The notes below the pieces were generated by a model. The model saw nothing but the letters and a program-made list of their open reading frames with translations. It did no database searches and was not told the origin of the DNA. A DNA stretch of 64,000 nt, from positions 1,364,001 to 1,428,000 of the forward strand of contig JAQGDQ010000014.1 of NCBI GenBank assembly GCA_030141605.1. Direction: 5' to 3'. Position numbers and translations under genes: made by a program. Positions 14,325 through 28,869 of this stretch are shown one piece after another; the first letter of the stretch is position 1; the number at the start of each line of letters is the position of its first letter. This DNA is from Tubiluchus corallicola (lineage: Eukaryota > Animalia > Priapulida).

Positions 14325-15615
14325 TTCAGCGTGCAGCTGAAAATAGCCCAGAAATACAAAACCAATAATAGAAATAAGGAGTAGAGTTAAAAAACATAAA
14401 CAGAAGGAAAACATCTCGTTTATGAAACAACATTCACAAAAAATATCTACATACTTTACTTTTTACTACATACTCGTGTTCCATAAAGCATAAACGAAAA
14501 AGACGTACACGCTTCTACAAAACTAAAAACAATCATCCAACCTCATGAAAAGCTAGGCAGCCTAAAATGAGCCTTATAGATAGATGCTTCTCGCCGAGAA
14601 CTATTTTACAACACCTAGTCCCAGAATGATTTGCGGCCTTTGACTACAATAGAAACATTAGTTTGTGAACAAAATTTGGGCATTATTTGCTTGGCTTAAA
14701 TCAAGTATTTATTTCATCCAAGTCTTGAGTGATTAAATTTGTGCAGGATTGTGGTGACTTGCGAGCATCTGAGAACATTTCGTGCTCCTCCTGAGGTTTC
14801 GTTCCATGCTAGATAAAACTATTTGTGGCTACTTACTATAAACACTTTTTTTATGTTCAGCCTTTTCCGCCTAACTTGCAGTACACCTACGATAAACAAC
14901 ACCAAATCAGTTACCTGTTCAACTCCAAACAATTCGAAATTAAACAGGACGACAAATTATTAAATTAACGAGTTGGGTAGACACGCGCAGTTTTAACAGT
15001 GTTGACACGGTACACACCACATGGTAGTTTCACATGCCGTATTTTCTTATTTATTCGTGAGCAAATAGTCGCTGATTTCATTGAGACAGGCAAAGACATA
15101 TACACCTTCGCCATTTTAATACCAAGCAAATGAAGCTATCGGATTACAATACACACACGGTATATCAGGCTACCGCGATAATGCGGACTTGTGCACCTTC
15201 GTTTGAGCTTTCTAGAACAATAACAGAACAACTCCATGTCACAGAATTAATACTTTTTCAAAGCAAGGAAACGTGACTGTGATTCATACAAGGTGTGGAG
15301 TTACGAGTTAAAAACATGGTCCCCAAACTTTTTAGACTATTGGCCCCTTAATGGAATCCTTAATTTCTCATCGACCCCCAGGCATGTACAGAAAAATAAA
15401 TATTAATAATAGTTAAGTAGATGTGCAGTTTCCATATATATTAGCGAGGGGAACTGCATGCCAAACTCTGCGTTCCATAGTAACGGAAACTGCATACCAA
15501 GCCCTGCGAAGTTAATCCAAGTTAATGCATCCATGTGGAAACAGGTAAAGGTCCATTGGCTTGTGATTCCAAATACTAATAAATTACTCTAACTATATTA
15601 TATTTTTCAATCTTA

Positions 15616-15807
15616 TAATGAACTTTAAACCAGACAGAGCACAAAAAATCACAAATTTATTAAATACAGTAATACACGCTAACATACTGTAAGTTTTACA
15701 GCCATGTTTCAACACCTAGCTGGAAGGAATTTTTAATGTGTTTTAAAGTGTTGGCTGTATTTAATATTTTTTTATTTTTGCACTCTGTCTGACCTTAAAG
15801 TTCATTT
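15616..15807. repeat. Fold-back (imperfect long inverted repeat), MITE-like
   Basis: AATGAACTTTAAACCAGACAGAGCACAAAAAAT...TTAAATACAG pairs with CTGTATTTAA...ATTTTTGCACTCTGTCTGACCTTAAAGTTCATT. Confidence 0.75.
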
Positions 15808-17868
15808 TAAATTTTATCTCTCGATATCTACAGAAATACATATAATATATCTACAATTAAATTTATCTAATTACGAGATAAAAATCAGTTTTTTTGTGAC
15901 TAGAACGACGTGTCAACGGAAACTAGGAAACGGTATTTAAAGACCAGAAAACTCAATCTCAGTAAACTGTAACTAAGCAGGCGAGGCTCGGGATCATGTT
16001 TTTCTTAAATTATCTATTGGCAAGTTCGCATCACAGCCTTGCATCACAGCATCCAAGCCAGTCTTTCGTAAACCTTGAGGTTTTAGATTTAACGAGACTA
16101 GAAAGTCTAAATCGCCATCAATACAATCAGTCAATTGATTGACAGATCAATTGTCATCATTAGTGATAAAAGTATTAGATATTAAAGATTACAAAAGTGC
16201 TCAGTACCGTTTTTATGATATGAAACTTTCACATTTAAATTTAAGTGTAAATTTTTCTTCTATGAATCTATGTGAATGCTGAAGTGCGGATCCTGTCTGT
16301 ATCACATCCATTTATTTGTCGATATTAACTCGAAAATTTCGAGTAAGAAATTTCACGATAAGAATTTTTACTGTTTCTAGCAAACCACCGTACGCTACTT
16401 TCGTTCAGCGAATATTATTATTTTATTAATAATCAAAGCTCTGTCGCACCTTTCGTCACAAGTTACTAATACGCGAAACAGTTAAAATTCGGATTGGATT
16501 AACAAGTTCGCAAACTTCATGCGGGTCGAAATGCAATTATGTCCGGAACGGGATGGGGAATCGATTTGGAAACAAAAACACCGCCTAAGCTGACATTTGG
16601 TGGAAGAAACTGCTTTTAAACTCATCGATACTCGTCACATAAATCGAATTTTACCAGCAAAACCGCACAATTCGTCTTTTCTACCTGCATGTTTACTTTC
16701 TTTCGAAAGCTCATTAAATTTAGATGTTTTTGAAACCATATATTTTTATTGAAAAGAAAAAACCGGTCAACAAGTTCGCATTAAATCACATATTAATTTT
16801 TACTAAAGTCGTCATGACGTAACCTTTCAATCTTAAGATGCGCATTTGAGTCCGTTTCTTGACCTTTTGAAGTCTCTTTAGATTTCTTAAAATTTACCGA
16901 CACGATTATTAAGCAAAATTCGTGGACAATAACGTCAAAAACTGAAACAAATGTTTTACAATGACTATAAAAAGCATAAATGATTCAGCTTCTCACCTCT
17001 GATGAGTCGCAAAAACCTATATGCACGCCAAACAGACTGACAAACCCCGATCACTGAATGAAGTACAGAAGATGACAACAAGCAATTATTTGACATGTAC
17101 AACTTATTTGATACTGTGACTCGACATTGTAAGAACTGGTGCCCCCGATTCCCCAAATACAGAGTACCCTACCTGGCGAGTGCGCCCTGTAAATTTCGCC
17201 AATTGCGTTTGTGCCTTTGTGAATTAAAAAAAACAAGAAAGCACAAGAATAATAAAAAAGGAGAAAATGGGGGTACATAAAAAAAAGTTTAAATACATCT
17301 CTACACGCCTTAGTGAATGTTACCAAACAACAGAATTACCCAAGTACGTATAAAGTCTCAAGTTTAGCCTTTTGCTTTATTTTTTATTTGGTTTTAATGC
17401 AACTTTAAAACTGTATACTAGTAACTATCGCTTCAAGACTCAAATTTCCAATTTACTGGAGAATTCAAGAAGCAAAGAAATTACATACTGTTAACATGAT
17501 CTTTCACTGTTTTAACAAAAACAGCAAAGATGCTTTGTTAACAACTCATAAAGCACAAGTGAGGCATTTTTTAGCTTTCGCATATATCATTGTATAATAT
17601 GAGCACACAGATTGGTGAAGTTGCTTAAATACACTTTCCAGTTAACAGAATGGAAGAATCAGTAAGTTTCCTTATTTGAAAAACAATGACAGACTACCAG
17701 AATAACTATCCTTACAAACATAAGTTGCATTTAATTTTTATATAAATAGCGAGCAAATCAACATTACAATAATAATTATTATGCCGCCAAGTCAAAATTT
17801 TCACCGCCCCTGACGAAATAAGCACATGACGATGATAATCATAAATCATCATCATCATAATCATATTC

Positions 17869-17995
<127 letters not shown>

Positions 17996-20900
17996 GTATA
18001 AAAAGTTTGGTGTCTGGATGTGTAGCACCAGTCTAGGTATTCATATAACTGACAGTCTTAAATAGAGCTGTTGGGGCGTTTTGGGATAGGTAGTAGGTAA
18101 GCCCAAAAGAAGCCAAAAAGTGCATCATAAAACACATGGTTAATTTGGCGGCCAAAATGTAGGGGGCTTTGTACTCTTTCAAAAATGCCAAATTCGACAA
18201 TGTTGGCTGGGGCAAAGTAAAAATCAGACGACCTGTATCCCTACATGGTCAGATTTAGTCTAGAACTGCAGGTTACACTATCCTGTATTAAAAACACCAA
18301 ATCTCACGAAAACTGCTGGGGGGTACTAAAATCTGACAACTTTGGACAGCAATCAGAATGAACGATAATTGCATCATATAGCACATGGTTAATTTTTGCT
18401 GCCAAGACATATAGGAGACATTGTGCTCTTTTGAAAACTATCCAAGTGCTACCTAACATAAAGTATATTATGTCTATTATCCAAGTGCACTAGGTACATC
18501 ATGGCAATTGGATTATCGTGTAAATATTTCAATTGAAGGTGCAATAAGATTAGATTCACATTTTGGCCACACATTTGGATAAACAGAATTGTTACGTTAA
18601 TATGGTTTTTTGAGAATTACAGCTCAGTTTTTAACACAATAATTCTTTCCAAATTGTATATTTATGGATTTATTTATTTACCTGCCAAACCCATCGAAAA
18701 CATTTTGTACACAATCAATAATAAGCTAGCATTCTACGTAGTGTTTGCTTCTTGGCCCTTTAGTGATGAATAGGTAACATTATAACACCAAACTATGTCT
18801 ATTACACTCCAGACTGACTTCCCTATGCTTTCTGTTTCGATCTGGTTCTTCAGATCTCACTGAGATCTAATCTCAATTGATAAATTTTGCAAAACAGGTA
18901 AAAGAAGTTGATTTTTGGAGGCTTCCCTAACGTCCCAAATTGGAATAATAAATCCAATTATGGGAATGGGAGAAACTGCGACGTTCATTTGATACGTTAT
19001 TTGTGACAAATGGTTCAGTAGTTCCTGTGAAAATAGTCTACTGCATAAATAAATAAAACCACAAATATAGCAGGAGAATTAATGTATTAGGTTTATTTGC
19101 TTATATAACAGTAATAACAGGTAATATTCTCTGCAATTACTGAACGACTTGTGACAAATTATACGTCAACCGAACCGTCTCGGTCTCGCCCAATCCTACA
19201 CAGGTTTCTTTCGGTTTGGGACGTCTGTAAAAGAACTATTGGCTCCTTGGAAGAACTTCCAAAATTCTTGTTTTGTCCGTTTTTTTTGCAAAAATGGAAT
19301 TGCACGAGATGGCATGCTACATATCATTAGAAAGAACTTTCGACGTACTACAGACATAAGTTGATTTCATGGAGAGTCATACTAGGTATTTTTTTGGACC
19401 CACCACTCAAATTTTCGTTGAAAATGCGCAAAACAAATTCTAAAAAAAATTGAAACTCTTTGAGCTTTTTCGAAAAAATAATCACGCTCCCCATCAGAGA
19501 GCAAAACGGTCTATAAAGTGAATGTTTCAGTCAAAGTTCTTTTTCCATCGCCCCCCCCCATAACTGCCCTCATAATTCCATAATTGGAACAACAATTGTC
19601 TTAGTCTTTTCTTTGTCTTTCTTGAATGTGTGGCTGTTATGCGTATTGTCATCACCGGCTGTTCTACTGTGTTTTAGAGAAAGGGCTATTATAATTGTCA
19701 TAAATATTATATTAACCTATTCATCACTAATGGGGCATTAAGCAAAAACTATGTAGAACGTTTACCATTACTGACAGTGTACAAAATGGTTTTGCGGGGT
19801 TTGGCTATTCACTAATTAATTTTAAATTTTTTCTGTCTTTATTGCAGTGCATTGTACTCTCGAAACCAGCAATTTCAACAATATGTTTACGTCTATGTGA
19901 CAAATACGTTGTTGCCATATCTGTGTATATATCCGCAAGCTGTATATCAAGAAAAAAATGTTGTGACACGTTAAAAATGTACAAATAAAATTTTTAAGTA
20001 AGACTTAAGACAAAACGCATATTCGGAGGGCTTTCATAAGGCTGACTTCTTGCTAACTCCATTACATATAAAAGAAATTTAATTTGTATTAACGGATTCT
20101 AGAATACACTTTAACCTACAGTTTGTCTGTTCGTCCATCATAATCTGAGGCTGCATTAAGCTTATTTCGATTTCCACACAGACAGAATAAGGCCACCACA
20201 TCTTGAGTTTCAGATCACTCACATTTTATCACATTGCGATAAAATACTATAATATAGCAGGCAACAGTTAAGACTGCGGAATGTTTAGACAATACTAATT
20301 CCTCGAAGCCAGTCAAATCGGGTTGACCTTGTATTTGTATCTGGATGTATGCCTAAACACGCAATGACTTGCTTCAAAGCTTTGCTCTGCAGCCCGACTG
20401 TAAGGAAGAGGAGCGTTTAGCTTGCAGCTTGTGTATTTTTGCGGCAGCAATAAGTAAACAAATAGCCAGGACTGTAAACCAAATCTTATATGGCGTATCT
20501 ATTGCTTAGGGCTAAATTTGGCTAATCATCGCAGCTCCTAGTGTGTTAGAAAGCAAAGGATGTATCTGGAAAACGAACTTTAGAAGGTAAGTCTATATTC
20601 GTGTATCAGTCGAATTTACGAGAACAAACAAACAAGTTAATGTGACTCCAATTCAGCATTACATAATTACGTTGAAAGTTTTAAAGATATGTCTCAAACT
20701 TTGCTTACAAAATGTCACTGAACAACTTTGTTTTCTTTACATATATCGAAATTACATCTGTTAGTCTTTTATCTATAAGTCCTGTGTGCAAATGAGTATT
20801 TTAACTTTTCTTACAGAACTATGTACTTTTTAAGGTACAAAATAAACTTTAAATAAAAGTAAAATTATCAATCATTAATATTATCACTATGAATTAACAC

Positions 20901-21694
20901 TTTATTAATGAAATTATTAATGATAAGTCAAAGTTGCAATTTCACTAAAGCTGCTGTCAGCACATCAACTGGTGGTCCTTTGATCATTTTAAAATGCTAA
21001 AGGTGGTAGTTTGACCGGTGGTTCTTTGTTTGGTGGCCCTTGACTAGTGGTCCTTTGACTGTTCCCCGCTTTGAGATAGTTTGCAAAAACTACTACTATG
21101 TAAAATAAAGTATATTTCTTTTTGATAAACCATATATCTTTTTGTTAAAAAAATATAATGCTACAAAAGAAAATGGTGTGTGACATTTTTTCTAAAACAA
21201 TAGACTTATAAAGAATAAAGTGACCCGACGGTGACTTGGGAATTCTTTTCAACTAGAAGCTTAATATAAGCCAATATAAGATGATCTAAAATCGATGCAC
21301 ATAAAAACAGTGCATGTTGCACAGCACCCTATTAGGAAATGTTTTGCTTTAATTCTAGGAAAAGTGATCAAAATTTTTGGACAATAGATGACTTTCTATA
21401 CATCAAACCTGTGCATACTTTTTTGTTACGTTTTCTTTTCGCTAAATTCTTTTTGTTTTTAAATGGACAAATTCCAGTCAAACAAAATTTCAAACAAAAC
21501 AATTTGCATTGTACTAAATGCAAACTCAGAATTTTTCCTGGTTATTTTACTGACTGTATTTAACGATGAAAACTGAAGGGACAAAAGAGTACATTATTTT
21601 GCTATAACAGACATTACCTTATCCAAATAAAATGGCAAGACAAGATACCCTGCGCCATTAGCTGCACACTCACAGAAGAAGTATGAATACAAAC

Positions 21695-21866
21695 CTTTGC
21701 TTTGGTTGGTAAGCTTATCCCTGAGTACATTTAACTGATAGACTGGTCCGAAGTCTTCAAACATTTTCCTGAGGTCTTTTTCATCCATGCTGCGTGGTAT
21801 TTGACCCACAAACATTTTTATTGCATCTGGATCGGGTCCATCTGTCTTATTTACATGCGAGTTCAT
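21695..21866 (-). CDS. CELF: CELF/Bruno/CUG-BP family RNA-binding protein, first recognisable coding exon (N-terminal half of RRM1)
   Basis: Encodes [58 protein letters not shown], matching CELF1/2 RRM1 ([15 protein letters not shown]). Acceptor tcttatttttcag precedes 21877, ATG is at 21866, and the donor AAG|gtttgt follows 21695 (phase 1). Confidence 0.95.
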
Positions 21867-24329
21867 TATAGGCAAATCTGAAAAATAAGACAGGTTCACT
21901 AAACTTATTCTGATGCCCAGAAAGGCCAGTGTTAAGTTAAGGGTTACAGTTGGAAAGTGAACACGAATCCATAAAGTAGAATTCTTAATGCTGTATACTA
22001 AATTGCAAGTTATATAAAGTAGCTGTTTCACCTTAAAGCAATCAATGGCCAATCGGAAACAAGCGTCTGGTAAATAATTCTATGTACAATGGCTGTCCTG
22101 CATCTAGGAATGACCACAGCAAAATCATGGGTAAGCAGTCTCAGCTTATGGAGAGTACTCCCAACAAAAAGTGTCAGCATTTAAGAACCAACGAAGAACA
22201 ATCATAAAAGCATTGGCCATAGACGTACAGATAAAGATTGGCCAACTACAATCAGGCAATACATTGATAAATATTACTAGTTTTTAATAATATGTAAATA
22301 ATATGTAAAAGCTTGTACAGATGCTTGTTTAGTCATTATTACATTTCACTGATTTTTAGTCCATTTGAGCAACTTGGCAGTCATGATCAATGAAACACGA
22401 TGTGACTAAAATAAATAGACATTTACAAGCAATGGTACATGGTACATCTTTACGAGAGAACAAATAAGTTTAGCAAATAAATTTAAATATTGGACTTACT
22501 AACAAGTCTTGCAAGCGTTACTAATCCCAGGAGTTAACTATTTTTTCCCCATTGGTATACTAAAATTCCATGATGGCAGCGTTTATCAGTCATAGTTTTC
22601 GTTTTATAGCTGTTTATAAAATGAATACCTTTTAGGATACTACAGAAACATTTGCTAATTAACTTAGCACGCTTTGAAGATGCGCACACCTACGGCCTAA
22701 GCTTGACTAGCTTACTGTAGAAAACGTGCAGCCGCTTGATTTGTCGCTAGTAAGCATCTATTGACCAAATGACCAGCCATATATGTGTGTATTAGTCTTC
22801 ACGAATCTTGAACAGTAATATGGAAATCGCAAAAGGATCATTTCAAACAACATTTACAAGCTGGCAAGACTAAACTGTGTCTTTGGAAGTTTGGGGATAC
22901 CCCAAAGAATAAGCTAGGTAACAAAAGAGTATGATATCTTTTAGTATTCCCAAGTCACAAATTTCCAGTATTCGCAATTGCTCTGTTCAAACTCTGTTGC
23001 TATGAAATTTGCCTCGCGGAAACCACACCAAACAACAAAAAGAACTGCAACAGCAATTTAGAATACGCTATAATGAAATAAAAAAACTGAGCTTCTTCTT
23101 ACGAGAACGTTACAAATGAGGCTCACTCGTATTGTTGTATCACTGATAGTAGCGATGACCCCAAAGTAGCGACAAGCATATAGCAAGTTGCCATCAGCGA
23201 CATTTGGCGAAAACCGGACATCACTTACAAAACCGTTTCCCTAAACTTGCGTCATGCTGTACAAAATCGACCGTCATTCCTCGCAAAAAGCAAAACCTAT
23301 TATTTGGCTTACCTTTACTAAACACGATCCATATAACATCGCGCACTAATACGACTCAGTATCAACTGCTATGTAAATGTAGGCGATGTGGACTTTGCCC
23401 AAAAGCCTGCCAACTAAGTCGAAATCTGATTAGCGGGACATCATAAGCAAACAAACGAGGTGAACCCGTGAAAGCGATCAGTTGGAGAGGACTACAGTAT
23501 GAAATGTGAGCTAACAGCTTACCACTGACCAACACGGATACGACAGATGGTCAGTTGCCGAATTTCAAATGCACAGTTACCCTAGGAATCTTAGAACATC
23601 TGCTGTGATGCTAGCTTTTTCAAACAGTTCTATCACATTACCATAAATATTAAAATCACAACCACAATAATCGCAGTTGTCATCACCATCATCATGCATC
23701 ATTATACTCGTGCAATATGCTTTGGCCAATAAAATATTGACTGACCCCAATTTCATGGGTTAAAAGTGGCCCTTGTTGACCGTTTATCCACGGGTCCCCC
23801 GTTATGAACTAAAAAGTTACAAGTGAACTTTGGCGTTACCTTCACAGACCAGACTAAATTATGTCAGTCGTACGGATAATGGAAAATCTTTCTTTCTATG
23901 TCTTTGGTATCATTATTTTCACCGTTAAGAATTCCCGAACAAGACGCATGTTAAAATGCCAACGAGAAGGGAGGCAAGGGTCTCCTATTTTTGTGTTAAA
24001 TTCTTAACATGCTGGTTCTCCAACTTTTCCTTGAGTCAACCTGAAAGTTTCACAACATTTTTTTGCTTCACTACTGACCCACGTGATCACTAGGTTGATC
24101 TTTTCATCCTCCTCCTACTTAACAAGATTGGGCCATGAGCGAAAATTAACTGACTAACAATAGTCAAATACTATATCATTACCGACAGTTGATACCAGCT
24201 TCCTCCAAATTTCACTTGTCTCAATAGACCCTTCAGTTCTTTCGGGAACAGTCTCCTAGGTAAGTATGCCCTGCTATAACCTGTGGCTAATCATATATTT
24301 CTTGTTTTTACCATCGATTTTAAATAAAC

Positions 24330-24452
24330 TTATCACATCGTATCATATCGAATCGAATCGATTCGTATCGTATCTTAATTTAGTTTAGCTTATCTATCGA
24401 TTCTTATCTTATCTTGTATCCGATCTTACTTTATATTATTTTATCTTAGTCT
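24330..24452. repeat. Degenerate pentanucleotide repeat (ATCGT/ATCTT)n after AATAAA, probable retroposon tail
   Basis: AAATAAAC is followed by TATCA/TATCG/AATCG/TATCT units. Confidence 0.75.
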
Positions 24453-26420
24453 TACCACGGTCAAAACGTTTACTAGTTATAATAATAATTTTCAATTTAA
24501 AAGAAAACATTGCAAAAACAGAATCTCGGTCTTGTGCTTTTCTTGGGGAAATAGTCAAACACTACCGGAATCAATCGCTTATTGTCAAGAAGTCACTCTC
24601 GTCTGTGTTGTACAACTCTGAAGCGCCACTATATTTCTTTATGAATTGGTCATTCACGTTTTACTTAGTAAGATTCACAATACAATTAAGTCACTTAAAT
24701 GGTAAAGTCGGAACATACAACTCGACCTGCGTTTACAGACATAAGCCTCCAAGCTAAGACAATCTGACAGGGGCAATGTACAGTGTACGCTCAGCTAATG
24801 GATTTATGGTGTCTATTTGTAGCATCTCACCGCAAGTATTAAACCAAGAAAACAAGTGAAAGCATGAATTACATACCTACACCTCGTTGCAAGTTACAAC
24901 CATCATGTAAGCTACGCAAACTTATTCTTTTCGCCATACAACATGATCTGCAGTTTGCATAAGTAAATATTTGGTAGGTTTAGCTGGGGTTTTATAGAAT
25001 AATCGTTTAATAAATTTTATATTCTAAATATATCACAAACGTATTGGGCAAACCAAACTTTCTGACATGTGGCACCATTAGAAAACACCACAAAATAGAA
25101 AGCTGAATAATTTTTAAGACTGCATACATCTTTTTAGATCGTTTTTAAATCTTGTGGACTAACAGTTTAAAGGTATAACAAAATATAGCCTCGTCCTAGT
25201 AATGATACCTGAAAAAATTCCAATAAGACTAAAAGGAGAATTAAATTTAGCTGTATTTCCCTCTTATAAATTCTTAGCAATATTGTTCCAGACACTTGTT
25301 TGTTTGCAATTTTTATTCATGTAGAACGTCATATAGGGAAAATGGTAAATTTGCTGGGCCTACGATTTTGAAATGGCCTGGTCCGAGAACAGAATAAACA
25401 AATACCAATGTTGTATTTACTACTTGCTATTACAGTACAAAATTTAGAGCGTCATCAGCTATATTGCACGCATGTGATGTATGAAGTGACAAAAACGTTA
25501 TCATGCCCTACATAGCAAGAAGATGCTCTACAAAATTGGCAGCTATACCATTTATTAGTTCGATCTGTGCATCACAAGGTAACATGTTCATGCATATACC
25601 AATAAACTGGGATATTCACAATGATTACAAAAATAGGGGAGACCGAGGCATGTTGGTACACTTCTTTCAGACTACCATTATCTTTAATTTATCTGATGAT
25701 AGGCTAACCACAGCAAGTATATTATAAAATTATAAACCTTGTATTCACTTTCCATAAAAAGGAGGTAACAACTGAAGATCAAGAAACGTTATGTAGATAC
25801 TACAGGCTTAATGCTACCTCTCCAGTGCTCTAAATTGCCCCACCCTGAAAATCCAATTATAAGATTTTTAGCTGCTCCTGGAATTTAATGACGGCTAAGC
25901 ACTGGTTTACCGTAATTAGAACTTGAATTTTTCTTTATAATATATATAATTACAGTGGTTGAACATTTACAATCATTGATAGACGATATACAGGACATTA
26001 TACTGTACAATTGTACTGTTCGATAATTCGACGGCTCGGCTGGGTCCCGAAGTAACGATGACATCATAACTAAATAGGGGTCAAAAAACATATAAAAAAT
26101 TCCAAGCTTTGTCTTCGACCTCTTTTAGATAATTAGGTATTATCACAGTACCAATTTTCGTCTTAATTACCTCAGCAGTTTTGAAGGAAATACATTTTGA
26201 AGCCAGAAAATCACCAATTTTAGAACATCTACGTTCGTTGCCAGGCACCTTCACCATAATAGCAACCAAATTGTTGCTGCACAACTACAGCTCACACCCC
26301 ATCTGCTGTGCAGTGTACAGGTTTGGTTGGAAATCAGCGGCTTGGAGAAATAGTGAGGAAATACTCTTCAGACGGGACTGAGAATAAAGGTCTGAGCATA
26401 TCAAGCTGAGTGAGCCATCG

Positions 26421-26867
26421 AACCAGTTGATTTAAATCCTTGGAAGACGTATGGTGAACACAATAATTTCGAACAAAATAAATACTTCTACCAAGTTCAG
26501 TAACACCTCCCGCCCCATCCAGTTTAACTTGCTCCTTTAAAACCATTCTAACAAACCCCACTAAATTCAAACCAGTTGATTTAAAGCCTTGGAAGACGTA
26601 TGGTGAACACAATAATTTCGAACAAAATAAATACTTCTACCAAGTTCAGTAACACCTCCCGCCCCATCCAGTTTAACTTGCTCCTTTAAAACCATTCTAA
26701 CAAACCCCACTAAATTCAAACCAGTTGATTTAAAGCCTTGGAAGACGTATGGTGAACACAATAATTTCGAACAAAATAAATACTTCTACCAAGTTCAGTA
26801 ACACCTCCCGCCCCATCCAGTTTAACTTGCTCCTTTAAAACCATTCTAACAAACCCCACTAAATTCA
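26421..26867. repeat. Tandem repeat, 149-bp unit x3, nearly identical
   Basis: Units start at 26421, 26570 and 26719. Confidence 0.95.
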
Positions 26868-28869
26868 TATCATGCTGTACACAAACCAAAAATCTACAGC
26901 GCACATATCAAAGCTCTTTCACACTTGTATCACCCAAGTTAAAACACCAAGGTGAATAAAAAATACTTTGAACAGAAAAAACAAAGTACCCTTCACAGTT
27001 CAGTTATGCTTTCTTCCTCAAACTTTGAAAAATATGGCAGACACAAACATACTAGTTATCCAACTATTCACTACTCACTAACGGACATCAGTTGATAATA
27101 GACTTTATTCAAAATAATTATAGACAATGTTTCTCTACACCAGTAATCAGCTTGCCCCTTCTCCCTACTATTAATCAGCAGCTTGAAATTCGTCCTCGGC
27201 TTCTTGGGTACCAGCAGCTGCATTCTTGGTTGGATGGCCGAGTGGTATAGATTTCGGACTACAACCACGTAGTCTAGAGTTCGATGAGTTCAATACTAAC
27301 GGCTGCAACAGGGCATATACCTTACATGTATCTCGTTGTTTGTAATAAGCGTATTCACCTATATTGTTGTAAGTGTAAGTCACTAAACAAGCGACGGTAA
27401 AATTAATAAATCTTGTCTTTGTCTTTTGTATTTTTGAAGTGTATTTCCCGTTTGGCCTGGGCTTATATAGAACTTGTCCACAACCTGCATGTAGGTAGTC
27501 TTGCAAACAAATATTTTTCATACATATTGCCTCAAACAGTGCCTACGACCACTCAACGTAAGGTATCTCAACGTGAGCACGAAAATGTGAATACATGTAC
27601 GTTTAGAGGAACAGAATTTAAAATATTAGTTTGCAGGTGATAGGTATCTGATCAATGATCTTCTTAATGGGTTGTGCCTGTAGTTTTAAAAAAATAATAT
27701 TCAGATAGAGAAATACACAAAAAATTAAGGTACATATCCCGCAAAAGAACTAGTATTAGATTTACTATAATAAATACACTGTTTATCGTACGAGCCCGCC
27801 TACTATAAGCATATACCTAGAGAGCAAAAGTATGTCTAGAGATTATTTTCACATCATGTTCCTTAATTAAAAGTTGCAAGTAAATTTAAGTTCTAGATAA
27901 TTTTAATGTCTTAGGCATAGTACACTGATCTGAAACTTATTATCGCTAATCCTCTGATGTAGTTTTGAAAGCTTTGAAATACAACAAGAGGTTTACTACG
28001 GAGATATTAATAATAAATTTACCGTTACCGATATATTTTAAGTAGAACTTACATACCTTGTGAATGATGTGATTCGTCTATTTGGTCTACACAGGCCATT
28101 GGGAGCGTTGCGGACAGATTTAACAATAAGGTTCCTCTAAATGCGTAAACCTAGAGCAATTGGATATAAATTAATTAGAAACCTGATTAAGAGCAAATAC
28201 AACCATCTGCGGTGATCCACTAGGTGACCTGCTGAGACAAATTCATTAGTAAGAAAATCGATAAGATATTAAGGTGACGACAAGCTGCAATATCTTTTAC
28301 ATTAAATCACCATACAGGGTGAGTGCATGCGGTTAGCTTACAAGACATAGAATTTATCACCGAGGGAGCACTCCCTGAGCCTCCAGAGAATTTCTGTGCC
28401 TCTGCAAATACCAATTGTAGTTTGCTTCATTCTATACCAAATTCAATTAGGCCTAGACCGCTAAATCATGCAATTATAATTACAGTGAAATTGTGTAGTA
28501 CATACCTGCTATACGTAAAAATTCACTGAGCAAATAAATAAGCAAGCGTGAACACTAGAACATTACAAGTATGCTTAATATAGCATGTACGTTCATAACT
28601 TGACGCTGTCCCATGCGGCAACCCAAGGGCAAATGATTATTCACAAGTGTCAAACGAATTGTACACGACTTTTTAACTGCTTATGGCTGAGGATTAGCCT
28701 ATAGGTAACAAGCAGCAGCTAAGCACCGTAGCATAATAATATCAAACGATACACTAAAGATTAGCGCTGCCCGCATATTGTACATCTCAACACACTATGT
28801 AGAGATAACACACATGAGCTGTACAAACAGGTGTGAACTAACAAAATCTAACTTTGATAACACAGAAGA

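Noticed and set aside
16999-17045. CTGATGA as a hammerhead ribozyme core (also ~32400 and ~33300)
   Set aside because: No helix II followed by a properly placed GAAA, and no flanking helices.
21594-22052. The 152-aa ORF as a single-exon protein
   Set aside because: Only 21695-21877 is exon; the flanks are intron read-through bounded by clear splice sites.
26421-26867. CRISPR array or retrozyme interpretation of the tandem repeats (also 9445-9775)
   Set aside because: There are no unique spacers, no cas genes and no CUGANGA/GAAA hammerhead core, and the context is eukaryotic.
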